Below, one piece after another: positions 6,735 to 16,077 of a DNA stretch of 64,000 nt. This DNA comes from an uncultured archaeon (GTDB taxonomy: Archaea; Asgardarchaeota; Heimdallarchaeia; Heimdallarchaeales; Heimdallarchaeaceae): positions 31,255-95,254 of the forward strand of contig CAZJUB010000001.1 in the NCBI GenBank assembly GCA_964549075.1, read 5' to 3'. A program made the translations under genes and the position numbers. How positions within the stretch are numbered: position 1 is the stretch's first letter; every line of letters starts with the position of its first letter. Under the pieces are notes generated by a model. That model did not search any database. It worked only from the letters and a program-made list of their open reading frames with translations, and was not told the DNA's origin.

Positions 6735-9362
6735 ATGCCTACAGAATCTTATTCACTCAAATGTGTTATAATCGACATCGATTTCTTTATTCAGAAGAAG
6801 GAAAAACAGAATGAGGAGCCTGTAATAAGAATCAGAGGAAAAACTGCAGAAAATAAGCTTATAATAATACATGTTTGTGGTTTTTACCCTTATTTCTATA
6901 TTGATGATGTACCCGAAACCACAGATGCTATTCAGAGTCTATTGTATACTGAGAAAGAATTTGGGGATTGGATAAAAGATCATTATTCTTTAACAAAAAA
7001 CAAATATTACCAAAATAGACCAATTTATCTCCAAAAAATCCTTGGTAGAAATCCTTGGAGAATCCTAAGATATAGTAAGATACTCAGAGAAATCAACATA
7101 AAGAGCTATGAAAACGATATTTCTTATGTTTCAAGATTCTTGATAGATAACAACATTAAAGGATTGAATTGGATAGAAGTTTCAAACTTTAGAGAAGTTT
7201 CTGATGGAGAGGATTTTAAGCTAGTCGAAACAAATGTTGAAAATGTAAAACTAATTGATGATGTAATAGATTTTCCCATAAATATTTTGTCTTTAAGTTT
7301 AGTTATAAATTCTATAACAATAGAAGGCAAGAAGATAAAGAATTTTTCAAGTGTTTTTGAAGATAAAGAGAACAGAATTATCTGTGCTAGCATTACATGG
7401 GGAACATCGGATAAAGAGACTAAAAACAAGAACTTTATCCTAGAAAAAGATGATGATTTTTATGAGAAAAAATTAATCTCAGAGTTAATAAACGAGATTC
7501 ATAAGATATCGCCCGAAGTTATAGTTACATTCAATGGAAATCAAGTGACACTTCCTTATCTCTTAGCTAGAATGGAAAGATTAGGATTGGACTCTGAGAT
7601 TCTAAGTCCTTATCAAGATGTAAGAATAAAAGAACCAATTGGTTATCTTGGTTATCGAATACCTGGTTATATCACATATGATTTAGTCAAAAGTACAAGA
7701 TGGTTAAGTACAAGAACTGGAAAAAAAAGTCTTTCAGATTTTTCAAAAGAACTCCTAGATATCGAAAGAGGTGGGGGATATGCACAAGTTAATGAATTGT
7801 GGTATAATCTTGTGATAAAAAGAGAAAATAAACAAGTTAGACAATTAAAAACGCTATGTAAAAAAGATGCAAATATAATACATTCACTCTTTTTTGAGAT
7901 GGGTATGGAAGAATGGTTAGAAGTCATAAAATTAGTGGGAATTCGGCCATCTGAAGGAATCTACTCTACTCCAAGACATTTAGGAGAATTTCAACTTTTT
8001 AGAGTTTTGTATCATAAAAATACTCTAATTCCTCCAGAACCTACAAGAAAAGAATTAGCTTATCGGAAAAGTACACGATCATTAGCTATTGGTGGATTTG
8101 TTCTTGTTCCAAAAGGAACACTTCATGAAGCGGTTCTGATTGCAGATTTTCGTTCTATGTTCCCTTCAATCATGGTTGCATTCAATATTGGAGGCGAAGC
8201 GTATAATGGTTCTGTTGCACTTCCAGAAAAGAAGTTTCGAGAGAAACCTGATACTGGTTTAAGAATAATGATGAAGGGATTATTAGAAGAAAGAAAAAAA
8301 ATCAAAAAACAAATTTATGATTTGGAGACTTATCTTCGTACATTTGAAGATTCAAAGAAAAAAGAGAACTTAATTGTAAAATTACATAAACTAAAAACTA
8401 AATCAAGTGCTCTTAAAGTTACAGCAAATTCTCTTTATGGGAGTCATAATTATGTTGGAAGTCGGTTTTATGATACTGAGATATCAAATGCTATAACAAG
8501 TATTGCTAAGGATTATATCAAGAGAGTAGACAAATGGACACAGGAGTTCTCTGATGGCAAATGTCAAGCGATTTATGGTGATACAGACAGTATATTCATC
8601 AAATTAGCGAATAAGAACAAAGTATTTGATACTGCAGAGAAAGTAAAAAATGGTAAACCTTTTTCGATGGAAGAAGTACCTGAAGTTACAGAACTTTTAG
8701 ATTATTTTGAGTCTAAATTACCTAAAGAAATGGAGCTAGAATTTGTAGATTTAGCGACAAGAATCATTTTTGCTCCTGAAACAAAGAAGCGTTATAGTTA
8801 CATTAGTACAGTGACTGGAGAGTTAACAATTGTTGGATTTGAAGCAATTAGAAGTGATACATCTCCTTTTGCAAGAGATGTACAAATAGAAGCTCTCCAG
8901 TGTGTTCTAGAAGATGGTAATGTCGAGAAGGCAAGAAGAAGAGTTATTGACTTGTGTTTAGAGTTTAAACAAACTACTGGGCAAGACTTACTCGATAAAA
9001 CAACTATCTTAGGACCAATCAGAAGAAATCCAAAAAATTACAAATCAAAGACTCCAGCTGTTGGAGCACTTGAGGATTTTGCAATTAGAATGGATTTGAA
9101 CATCAATGAAATTTGGAAAGAATACGAACGATTCCCTTTTGTAATAATGGAAGGCAATTCTGCAATTTATAAGCGTGCTAAACACCCTTCTTTAGCAGAT
9201 CCTACAAAAATTGATAAAAAACAGTATTTAGAAGAAGCTCTAAGAGACGTGCAAAGATTAGGAGTCAGAGTGGAACTAAAAGATCTACAAACTTCTAGCC
9301 AAAAAACGCTAGATTTCTCTCTATCACAGGTGAATGGGAGAAAAAACGAAGAAACATTATAA
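6735..9362 (+). CDS. polB: family B DNA polymerase (polymerase motifs intact, exonuclease motifs degenerate)
   Basis: Motif A DFRSMFPS, motif B KVTANSLYG, motif C YGDTDS and KKRY are present. The N-terminus (VIRIRGKT...GFYPYFYI) is typical of archaeal PolB. The Exo I and Exo II positions lack the acidic residues (see findings). Confidence 0.95.
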   Translation: MPTESYSLKCVIIDIDFFIQKKEKQNEEPVIRIRGKTAENKLIIIHVCGFYPYFYIDDVPETTDAIQSLLYTEKEFGDWIKDHYSLTKNKYYQNRPIYLQKILGRNPWRILRYSKILREINIKSYENDISYVSRFLIDNNIKGLNWIEVSNFREVSDGEDFKLVETNVENVKLIDDVIDFPINILSLSLVINSITIEGKKIKNFSSVFEDKENRIICASITWGTSDKETKNKNFILEKDDDFYEKKLISELINEIHKISPEVIVTFNGNQVTLPYLLARMERLGLDSEILSPYQDVRIKEPIGYLGYRIPGYITYDLVKSTRWLSTRTGKKSLSDFSKELLDIERGGGYAQVNELWYNLVIKRENKQVRQLKTLCKKDANIIHSLFFEMGMEEWLEVIKLVGIRPSEGIYSTPRHLGEFQLFRVLYHKNTLIPPEPTRKELAYRKSTRSLAIGGFVLVPKGTLHEAVLIADFRSMFPSIMVAFNIGGEAYNGSVALPEKKFREKPDTGLRIMMKGLLEERKKIKKQIYDLETYLRTFEDSKKKENLIVKLHKLKTKSSALKVTANSLYGSHNYVGSRFYDTEISNAITSIAKDYIKRVDKWTQEFSDGKCQAIYGDTDSIFIKLANKNKVFDTAEKVKNGKPFSMEEVPEVTELLDYFESKLPKEMELEFVDLATRIIFAPETKKRYSYISTVTGELTIVGFEAIRSDTSPFARDVQIEALQCVLEDGNVEKARRRVIDLCLEFKQTTGQDLLDKTTILGPIRRNPKNYKSKTPAVGALEDFAIRMDLNINEIWKEYERFPFVIMEGNSAIYKRAKHPSLADPTKIDKKQYLEEALRDVQRLGVRVELKDLQTSSQKTLDFSLSQVNGRKNEETL

Positions 9363-10043
9363 TTCGTTTAATTCTTCATATAAAAGTGAGAGTAAATCAC
9401 CAGTTTTCTCTCGAGATTTTTCATCTTCGGACATTTTTTTAACTGCATTCAAAACAGAAAGATTAGAAAAAAATACAATTAAATTCCAAAGTTTTTCATC
9501 AATCTCAAGCCCATATTCTTCTTTCAGAGAATTCATAGATTCATGAGTAAAATCTATCATGTTTTTAACTACTGAAGTTAGGAGCTCGATTTTAAATTCG
9601 TTCACATCTGTAAATACTTTGCTTGCCATTTTTCTAACAATTCGTTGAATAGGACGTTCAGATAAAGGTACTCTAGATTGAAGTTCAGTAGGTTCTATCT
9701 CATCAAGAGGAGCCCAAAAGATCAAATTTATAGCATCAGGTTGATAGCTTGCTCGATAATATTTAATTGTTTTAGCCATGTTTTTTATGTTCTCTTCTCT
9801 GACAACATAGATTAATTTGGATTTTTCTAAGATTTGGAGATGATGATAAACAGCTTGAGGAGTACTATTAATTTTTTCAGCGATTTCTGATAGATTAAGC
9901 TCTTCTTCTGAAAGATGCTGCAAAATAGCTAGTCTCTTACTTGAGCCTAAAGCTTTAGAAACGTTAACAGTTTCCCCTTTTTTCAATTTAATAATATTGA
10001 AATCTTTTAAGATAGTGTTTTTAGAAGGTATATTATTACTCAT
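9357..10043 (-). CDS. ArsR/SmtB-type winged-helix transcriptional regulator with a C-terminal extension
   Basis: RLAILQHLSEEELNLSEIAEKINSTPQAVYHHLQILEKSKLIYVV matches the ArsR-family HTH pattern. Confidence 0.7.
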   Translation of the reverse strand: MSNNIPSKNTILKDFNIIKLKKGETVNVSKALGSSKRLAILQHLSEEELNLSEIAEKINSTPQAVYHHLQILEKSKLIYVVREENIKNMAKTIKYYRASYQPDAINLIFWAPLDEIEPTELQSRVPLSERPIQRIVRKMASKVFTDVNEFKIELLTSVVKNMIDFTHESMNSLKEEYGLEIDEKLWNLIVFFSNLSVLNAVKKMSEDEKSREKTGDLLSLLYEELNEL

Positions 10044-10161
10044 TAGCTATTTTACCACTTAAAAACGTTTTTTCTACTTTTTTTATCTTGTGGTAGGAGT
10101 TATCTAACTTTGAGTAACTATAGTATATAAAAAATAGAAAAAAAGTAAATTATTGGATTTT

Positions 10162-10536
10162 TTATTGTATTTCAATTGATTCTTTTTGTTTAAAAGGATC
10201 TTCGCCAATAATTGGAACATGAACTACTAATAAACCTTCATCATAATGAGCTACAGTTGCATCAGGATCTGCTTCCATCAGGAATGGATACTCATTTATG
10301 TACTCAACATATTGATCTCGTTTTGCAGTTAAGCGTAATCCGTTTTTAACCACCTTAATTGAGATATTTTCTTTTTTAACTCCAGGTAACTCATAAATTA
10401 ATTTATATTCTCCTTCTGCATCTGAACAACCTTCTTCATGTTCATCTGTTTTAGTTCCACAATCACATCCACAATGAACATGTGGATTAATCCAAAATCT
10501 ACGTGTTTTAATTTCCTTAGCTTTATCTTTTGCCAT
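10162..10536 (-). CDS. small heat-shock protein (Hsp20/alpha-crystallin family) with a Cys/His-rich N-terminus
   Basis: Alpha-crystallin core: YKLIYELPGVKKENISIKVVKNGLRLTAKRD...AHYDEGLLVVHVP. I prefer the ATG at 10536, which is preceded by GAGGA, over the TTG at 10566. Confidence 0.85.
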   Translation of the reverse strand: MAKDKAKEIKTRRFWINPHVHCGCDCGTKTDEHEEGCSDAEGEYKLIYELPGVKKENISIKVVKNGLRLTAKRDQYVEYINEYPFLMEADPDATVAHYDEGLLVVHVPIIGEDPFKQKESIEIQ

Positions 10537-10735
10537 TTTAAATCCTCTAAAAATTGTTTTCTTCAAAATGAATTTGTCTAAGTGTAAATAGATGACTTTC
10601 TCCTTTTAAGACTAAGCATTCAACAAAAATTTATTTTATTCTAAACAAAACGATTTTTTTGTTCAAGCCGGTTATCGACATATTTATAGTTAAATATACT
10701 ACTTTCTACTTGCATATCAGTATATGATTTGTTAA

Positions 10736-11761
10736 GTGATTCATTTGACATTATTTGAAGCAGAATATTACGAAAAACGAGAGGGAAAAACAGTACGGTG
10801 TATGTTGTGTCCAAGATATTGTGTAATAAAAACAAATAGCTTAGGGGATTGTGGAGCTAGAAAAAACATTGATGGAGTTCTTTATGCTTTGGGATACAAT
10901 CTTTTTACGTCAGTACATGCTGATCCAATAGAAAAAAAACCAATTTTTCATTATAAACCTGGAACAAACACAATGAGTTTTGGTACTGCTGGTTGTAACT
11001 TACATTGTGCTTATTGCCAGAATTGGAGTATAAGTCAAATAACTGCTGAAAGTAATAATCTCATTACAGTAACGCCAATAAACGCAATAGAGATTACTAA
11101 AAAAAACAGTTGTGATACAATAGCTTACACATATAATGAACCACTTATTAACTTTGAATGGATTAGAGACACTGGGGAATTAGCTCACAAGAACGGTTTT
11201 GGCAATATATTAGTCTCAAACGGTTTAATTAATGAAAAGCCTTTAGAAGAACTCTTACCAATAATAGATGCTGCTAATATTGACATCAAAGCGTATACAC
11301 AACGATTTTATAAGGATGTAACTGGATTTCCGGGTCTTGAAATAATAAAAAAGAACGTTATAACTATGTTTGAAGCTGGAACTCATGTTGAACTTACAAT
11401 GCTTCTAATACCTTCTCTTAATGATAATCCTGAAGAGATAAAATCTTTTGCAGAATGGGTTAAAGACAATCTCAATACAAAAGTTCCTGTTCATTTTAGC
11501 AGGTTTTATCCACACTACAAACTTCAACACATTCCTCCTACTCCTGTAGAAACTATTCTTAATGCAAAGAAAATTGCTGAGGAAATTGGTATACAATATG
11601 TCTATACAGGTAACTTACCTTATTCAGAGATTAATACAACATTTTGTCAACATTGTAAATCAACTCTAGTTGAACGAGTTTATTATAATGTAAAAATCAA
11701 ACAGTTAGGTAAAGATGGTAAATGCAGAAAATGTGGTGAACCATCAGATATTCGAGTGTAA
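10736..11761 (+). CDS. radical SAM enzyme of the AmmeMemoRadiSam (AmrS) / PFL-activase-like family
   Basis: An N-terminal Cys cluster (CMLCPRYCVI...GDCGARKN) is followed by the radical SAM motif GCNLHCAYCQNW. Confidence 0.75.
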   Translation: MIHLTLFEAEYYEKREGKTVRCMLCPRYCVIKTNSLGDCGARKNIDGVLYALGYNLFTSVHADPIEKKPIFHYKPGTNTMSFGTAGCNLHCAYCQNWSISQITAESNNLITVTPINAIEITKKNSCDTIAYTYNEPLINFEWIRDTGELAHKNGFGNILVSNGLINEKPLEELLPIIDAANIDIKAYTQRFYKDVTGFPGLEIIKKNVITMFEAGTHVELTMLLIPSLNDNPEEIKSFAEWVKDNLNTKVPVHFSRFYPHYKLQHIPPTPVETILNAKKIAEEIGIQYVYTGNLPYSEINTTFCQHCKSTLVERVYYNVKIKQLGKDGKCRKCGEPSDIRV

Positions 11762-11823
11762 TTAAACACTTTATTGTTGTCGTATAACTACCCTTATATG
11801 GCAATAGAAAAACGAAGAAACGT

Positions 11824-13218
11824 ATGTTAGACACCTTAGAAGAAATTATAAATAAGATTCAACTTTCTAATAGAGATTTTCTCGATATTCGTTATGGTTA
11901 TGCAATGGGAGAATCTTTTACAGTAAGAAATGGAAGGTTTGATAGTGTAAGTAATCAAACAACAGGAGGGATAGCTGTAAGAGCTTTAATTGACAATTTC
12001 TGGGGTTTTACAACAATTGTGAAAACGGATAGAGAATCTATCCTCAAAGCTGTTAATAAAGCAATGAAAATGGCTCGTGCAGGATCCAAATATACAAAAC
12101 AAGAAAGAATTATTGGTGACGATTGGGTTTTTGAGGGAAGTGGTTCGACAAAAATCGAAATTGATCCACGTGAGATAGACAAAGAAACAAAGTTCGATAA
12201 GATAGTACAGACAGAAAAAACTGCACGAGAATATTCAGATTCGATAGTAGAAGCTTCCTCATCTTATCAAGAATCGCATAGCAAAGAAATCATTGTAAAT
12301 AATAAAGGAACTAAAGTTAGCAATGAGACACATGTTATAAGATTAATTAAAAACATTGTTGGGAGACAAGGAGTAAAAATGCAAAATGTATTCGATTCCA
12401 CTGGAGGAGCTGGTGGATGGGAACTAGTTGAAAAATGGGACCCTGAGAAAGAAGGATTAAAATCTGCAATTTTAGTTGAAAAATTGTTGATGGCTAGAGA
12501 ACCACCTTCAGGAAAGATGAACATCATAATGGATCCATCATTAACAGGAGTTTTTATCCATGAAGCTTTTGGTCACGCTTGTGAAGCTGATGGGATTATT
12601 GCTAAGAACTCGATTCTAGAAGGAAAGATGAACAAACAAGTAGGTGTTGAAGGGATAAATGTATATGATGATCCTACTATTCCTAACTTAAGAGGATCCT
12701 TTGAATATGATTCAGAAGGTACAAAAGCACGAAAAAGAACCTTAGTTGAGAATGGGATTTTAAAAGAATATTTCCACACCTTAGAAACAGCAACAGCATT
12801 AGGAATGGAGCCTAATGGATCTGGAAGAGCAATGAATTTCAATGTAGCTCCTCAAGCTCGAATGGGAAATACCTATGTAGATAATGGAGATATGACCTTA
12901 GATGAGATCGCAGAAATTACTAAAAATGGCGTTTATCTCAAAGATTCTTATGGTGGATATGTTGTTCCAGCTAAAGGACAATTTTATTTCACATGTCAAT
13001 TAGGTTATTTTATTGAAAATGGAGAGATCTCTGATATGATGGGTAACGTAGGAATGTCAGGTATGACACTTGAGGTCTTACAGAACACTTATGCTATAGG
13101 AAAAGAGTGGGAACCAGCCTTTGAAGGTACTTGTGGGAAAGGAGGACAATGGGTACCTGTAATTGGTGGAGGGCCAAATTTAGGTGTTTCAGATTTAGTA
13201 GTTGGAGGTACAAATTGA
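11824..13218 (+). CDS. tldD: TldD-family metallopeptidase
   Basis: HEAFGHACEADG (HExxxH) and the GGGPNLGVSDLVVGG C-terminus are typical of TldD. Confidence 0.85.
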   Translation: MLDTLEEIINKIQLSNRDFLDIRYGYAMGESFTVRNGRFDSVSNQTTGGIAVRALIDNFWGFTTIVKTDRESILKAVNKAMKMARAGSKYTKQERIIGDDWVFEGSGSTKIEIDPREIDKETKFDKIVQTEKTAREYSDSIVEASSSYQESHSKEIIVNNKGTKVSNETHVIRLIKNIVGRQGVKMQNVFDSTGGAGGWELVEKWDPEKEGLKSAILVEKLLMAREPPSGKMNIIMDPSLTGVFIHEAFGHACEADGIIAKNSILEGKMNKQVGVEGINVYDDPTIPNLRGSFEYDSEGTKARKRTLVENGILKEYFHTLETATALGMEPNGSGRAMNFNVAPQARMGNTYVDNGDMTLDEIAEITKNGVYLKDSYGGYVVPAKGQFYFTCQLGYFIENGEISDMMGNVGMSGMTLEVLQNTYAIGKEWEPAFEGTCGKGGQWVPVIGGGPNLGVSDLVVGGTN

Positions 13219-14567
13219 TGTCATTTGATGATAATCTTCACGAGTTAGCAGAATTTGTAGTAAATCATGGTTTATCCTTAGGTGCAGATCAAGTAGAAGC
13301 TTACACACTTTATGGTTCAGCAAAAAGCGTTCAAGTAGAAAGAGGAGCTATAAGAAGATTTACAGATATCAGTAATTCCGGTTTAGGTATACGAATAATT
13401 AAAAATAAGTCTCTTGGGATGGCTTCTACTACTATTTTTACGAGAGAAAGTATTGAGAATTGTGTAAAAGACGCTTATGAACTAGCTCAAGTTAGCCCTC
13501 CTGATCCAAACTTTAATTCATTACCATTTGATGATAAACCATCACCTGATATTCTAGATAGATTTGATCAAGCAGTCGTTGATATTGATGTTGAAGAATT
13601 TACAGAAATGATACTACAATCTATCCAACAAGCTCAAATTACAGATGATGCAATAATAAGCGGGAATTTTACCACAGGTTATGGAAAGAGATTTATTATT
13701 AATTCTCAGGGAATTGATAGAACCTCAACACAATCATCAGTAGGTGGTTATTTAGGTGTAAAAATAGAGGAAGGCGATGACATTGGTAATGCGTATTATT
13801 ATGATGCATCTACTGTACTTTCCAAATTTAAGTATGAAGAAATTGGAAAAGTCGCAGGAGAAAGAGCTAAAAAAATGCTTGGATCTAAAAAAATAGATAC
13901 AGCTATTCTTCCAGTTTTACTTGATCCTGATAGTACATATGGTACAATCGAGCCAATACTTGCGAATGGGATTAATGCCTTTAGTGTTTTCAATAAAACA
14001 GCATTCTTTGTAGATAAAATTGGTGATAAGATTGCTGATGATAAACTAAACATTTCTGATGATCCTTTCTATCCTGGTGGAACAGATTCAGCACCATTTG
14101 ATGATGAAGGCGTTGTACCTCAAAAACTAAAATTAGTCGAAAATGGCATTCTCCAAACATATATCACAGACTCTTATACAGCTCCATTAGTAGGTTTAGA
14201 AAATACTGGTCATGCTTCAAGAAGTTCTTTTTCGTCTGGACCAAGACCTGCACCATATACACTCAATATAGCACCTGGTGAGATTTCTAAAGATAATTTG
14301 CTAGAAGAATTAAAAGAAGGTATTCTTTTGATAGGATCTCCGATAGGTTCTAGAGGAAGTAATCCTCAGATTTCTGCACAGATTAATCAAGGATTTTTTG
14401 TGAAAAATGGTGAAATACTGTATCCTGTGAAAAATACTGTTATTGGAAGCACAGTATTTGACATCTATAATAAGATAGAAAATCTGAGTAAAGAAACTGA
14501 AAATCGCAATGGTCATCAAGCACCTTGGATGTTACTCAAAGACTTAAAAATAAGTGGAGGTAAATAA
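13218..14567 (+). CDS. pmbA: PmbA/TldE-family protein, partner of TldD
   Basis: The ATG at 13218 overlaps the tldD stop (TGATG). TldD/PmbA-fold sequence without HExxxH. The upstream extension to 13131 would overlap tldD by 88 nt. Confidence 0.8.
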   Translation: MSFDDNLHELAEFVVNHGLSLGADQVEAYTLYGSAKSVQVERGAIRRFTDISNSGLGIRIIKNKSLGMASTTIFTRESIENCVKDAYELAQVSPPDPNFNSLPFDDKPSPDILDRFDQAVVDIDVEEFTEMILQSIQQAQITDDAIISGNFTTGYGKRFIINSQGIDRTSTQSSVGGYLGVKIEEGDDIGNAYYYDASTVLSKFKYEEIGKVAGERAKKMLGSKKIDTAILPVLLDPDSTYGTIEPILANGINAFSVFNKTAFFVDKIGDKIADDKLNISDDPFYPGGTDSAPFDDEGVVPQKLKLVENGILQTYITDSYTAPLVGLENTGHASRSSFSSGPRPAPYTLNIAPGEISKDNLLEELKEGILLIGSPIGSRGSNPQISAQINQGFFVKNGEILYPVKNTVIGSTVFDIYNKIENLSKETENRNGHQAPWMLLKDLKISGGK

Positions 14568-14627
14568 CCTCTTTTTCTCTTTTTCTTCCGGAAAAGTATT
14601 TAATCATAACAAATTAAAGAGGATATA

Positions 14628-15512
14628 ATGTCAAAAGTAAACCTATCTACAATCGCAAATATTCTCTCAATAGGCGTTAATGCTTTACTTATTATACTTA
14701 AACTACTAATAGGTTTTATCTTTGGTTCAATAAGTCTTATAGCTGATGGTTTTGATTCTGTTCTGGATATTGTATCTGCAACCGTAGCTGGAATAGGTGA
14801 GAGAATTAGTAGAAAACCACCAGATGAAGATCATCCTTTTGGGCATCAAAAATTTCAACAAATATCTAGTTTGGTAATAGTATTTACTATGGTTGTATCA
14901 TCCTATTTTATAGCAGAAGAATCGATTAAGCGTTTAATAAGTGCAATTCCTTACAAATTAGAGATATGGATATTGATAGCTGCAATAATATCATTAGTAG
15001 CGAAATTAAGCATCTCATTGGCTTTATTAAAGATTGGTAAAAGGATACAATCACCAGTCTATGTTGCAAATGCAAAAAACTACAGAACAGATGCTATAGC
15101 TTCAGTTTTTGTTATTATTGCTTATATTGGTACTCAATTTGATGTTTGGTGGTTAGATCCAGCATGTGCATTTGTTATAGTAGCCCTGATTCTTTATACA
15201 GGATATGAAATTTCAAAAATGTCTTTACCTGAATTATTAGATAAAGGACCTTCAGAAGAGGTAAAAGAAGAACTCAGACAAATTGTACTCTCTTTTCCAG
15301 AAGTGAAAGAAGTTCATATAATCCGATTACGTTCGGTATTAGGTATGTTTACTGGTGATTTCCATATTTTGGTAGAACCTAGATTATCAATTCGTAAAGC
15401 TCATGAAATATCTGAAAAGGTAAAAACAAAACTTGAGTCTAGTGGCCAGTTCAGAGATCTTGTAATACATATCGAACCTTTTACTCCAGAAGAACTAATG
15501 GAAGCAGATTAA
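14628..15512 (+). CDS. cation diffusion facilitator (CDF) metal efflux transporter
   Basis: Six TM segments. ADGFDSVLD and HPFGHQKFQ are CDF signatures. A C-terminal cytoplasmic domain is present. Confidence 0.85.
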   Translation: MSKVNLSTIANILSIGVNALLIILKLLIGFIFGSISLIADGFDSVLDIVSATVAGIGERISRKPPDEDHPFGHQKFQQISSLVIVFTMVVSSYFIAEESIKRLISAIPYKLEIWILIAAIISLVAKLSISLALLKIGKRIQSPVYVANAKNYRTDAIASVFVIIAYIGTQFDVWWLDPACAFVIVALILYTGYEISKMSLPELLDKGPSEEVKEELRQIVLSFPEVKEVHIIRLRSVLGMFTGDFHILVEPRLSIRKAHEISEKVKTKLESSGQFRDLVIHIEPFTPEELMEAD

Positions 15513-15976
15513 TTTTCTGATAAGGATCTTTTCTTTCTTTTCCAAGCAGTTAATATAAAACCAAGCTCTCCGCTATGTTGATTAAGATGAAAGATGTATT
15601 CATATAACCAATCTTCCACAGAGATAGTATAATCTTTGTAATTTCTCATTTCCTCCAACTGACTATCATCTAGTTTGGAGAGGTTATCTTCTGCCATTAT
15701 GACCATTTTATCATATTCTTCAATCAACTCTTCCAACATCAAACTATCAGATTTATCTTCAAAATGAAAACTCTCTTTGTCATTTTTTATGATTACATTA
15801 ACAATCCAGATTTGATCATGTATAATATGCTTAATTATCCATTCTGATGAATACATTAGATCAGTTACTTTCCAATCTAAGATATCTTCAGGTAAATGTA
15901 CTAAATATTCGCGGAATGCTGCATGAGATTTCTTAATTAAATCGAGGTAGAATGATGTTTTCTGATTTGGAGACAT
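15509..15976 (-). CDS. DinB-superfamily-like four-helix protein (tentative)
   Basis: His-containing helices (WIIKHIIHD ... HLNQHSGELGFIL) are spaced as in DinB/YfiT-like proteins. This is a weak call. Confidence 0.4.
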   Translation of the reverse strand: MSPNQKTSFYLDLIKKSHAAFREYLVHLPEDILDWKVTDLMYSSEWIIKHIIHDQIWIVNVIIKNDKESFHFEDKSDSLMLEELIEEYDKMVIMAEDNLSKLDDSQLEEMRNYKDYTISVEDWLYEYIFHLNQHSGELGFILTAWKRKKRSLSEN

Positions 15977-16077
15977 AATGAGAAATGGAGAGATATCTTC
16001 TATTTAAGATATAGCTTCTATTTAAATTTCAATTCTTGCTGAAAGATTTTTATTTAGGGTATAATAATAATAGCTGA

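Noticed and set aside
9334-9546. 70-aa plus-strand ORF overlapping the polB end and the ArsR-like gene
   Set aside because: It is antisense to the ArsR-family CDS, and the product is Ser-rich low complexity.
10098-10119. Imperfect inverted repeat AGTTATCTAAC/TTTGAGTAACT upstream of the ArsR-like gene as an autoregulatory operator
   Set aside because: Only the outer 5 bp arms pair (AGTTA/TAACT), and the interior mismatches at most positions. In AT-rich DNA this is too weak to call.
13131-13217. Upstream extension of pmbA (the track starts it at 13131)
   Set aside because: It would overlap tldD by 88 nt and encodes an implausible Trp/Arg/Cys-rich leader. The ATG at 13218 gives the classic TGATG stop-start coupling.
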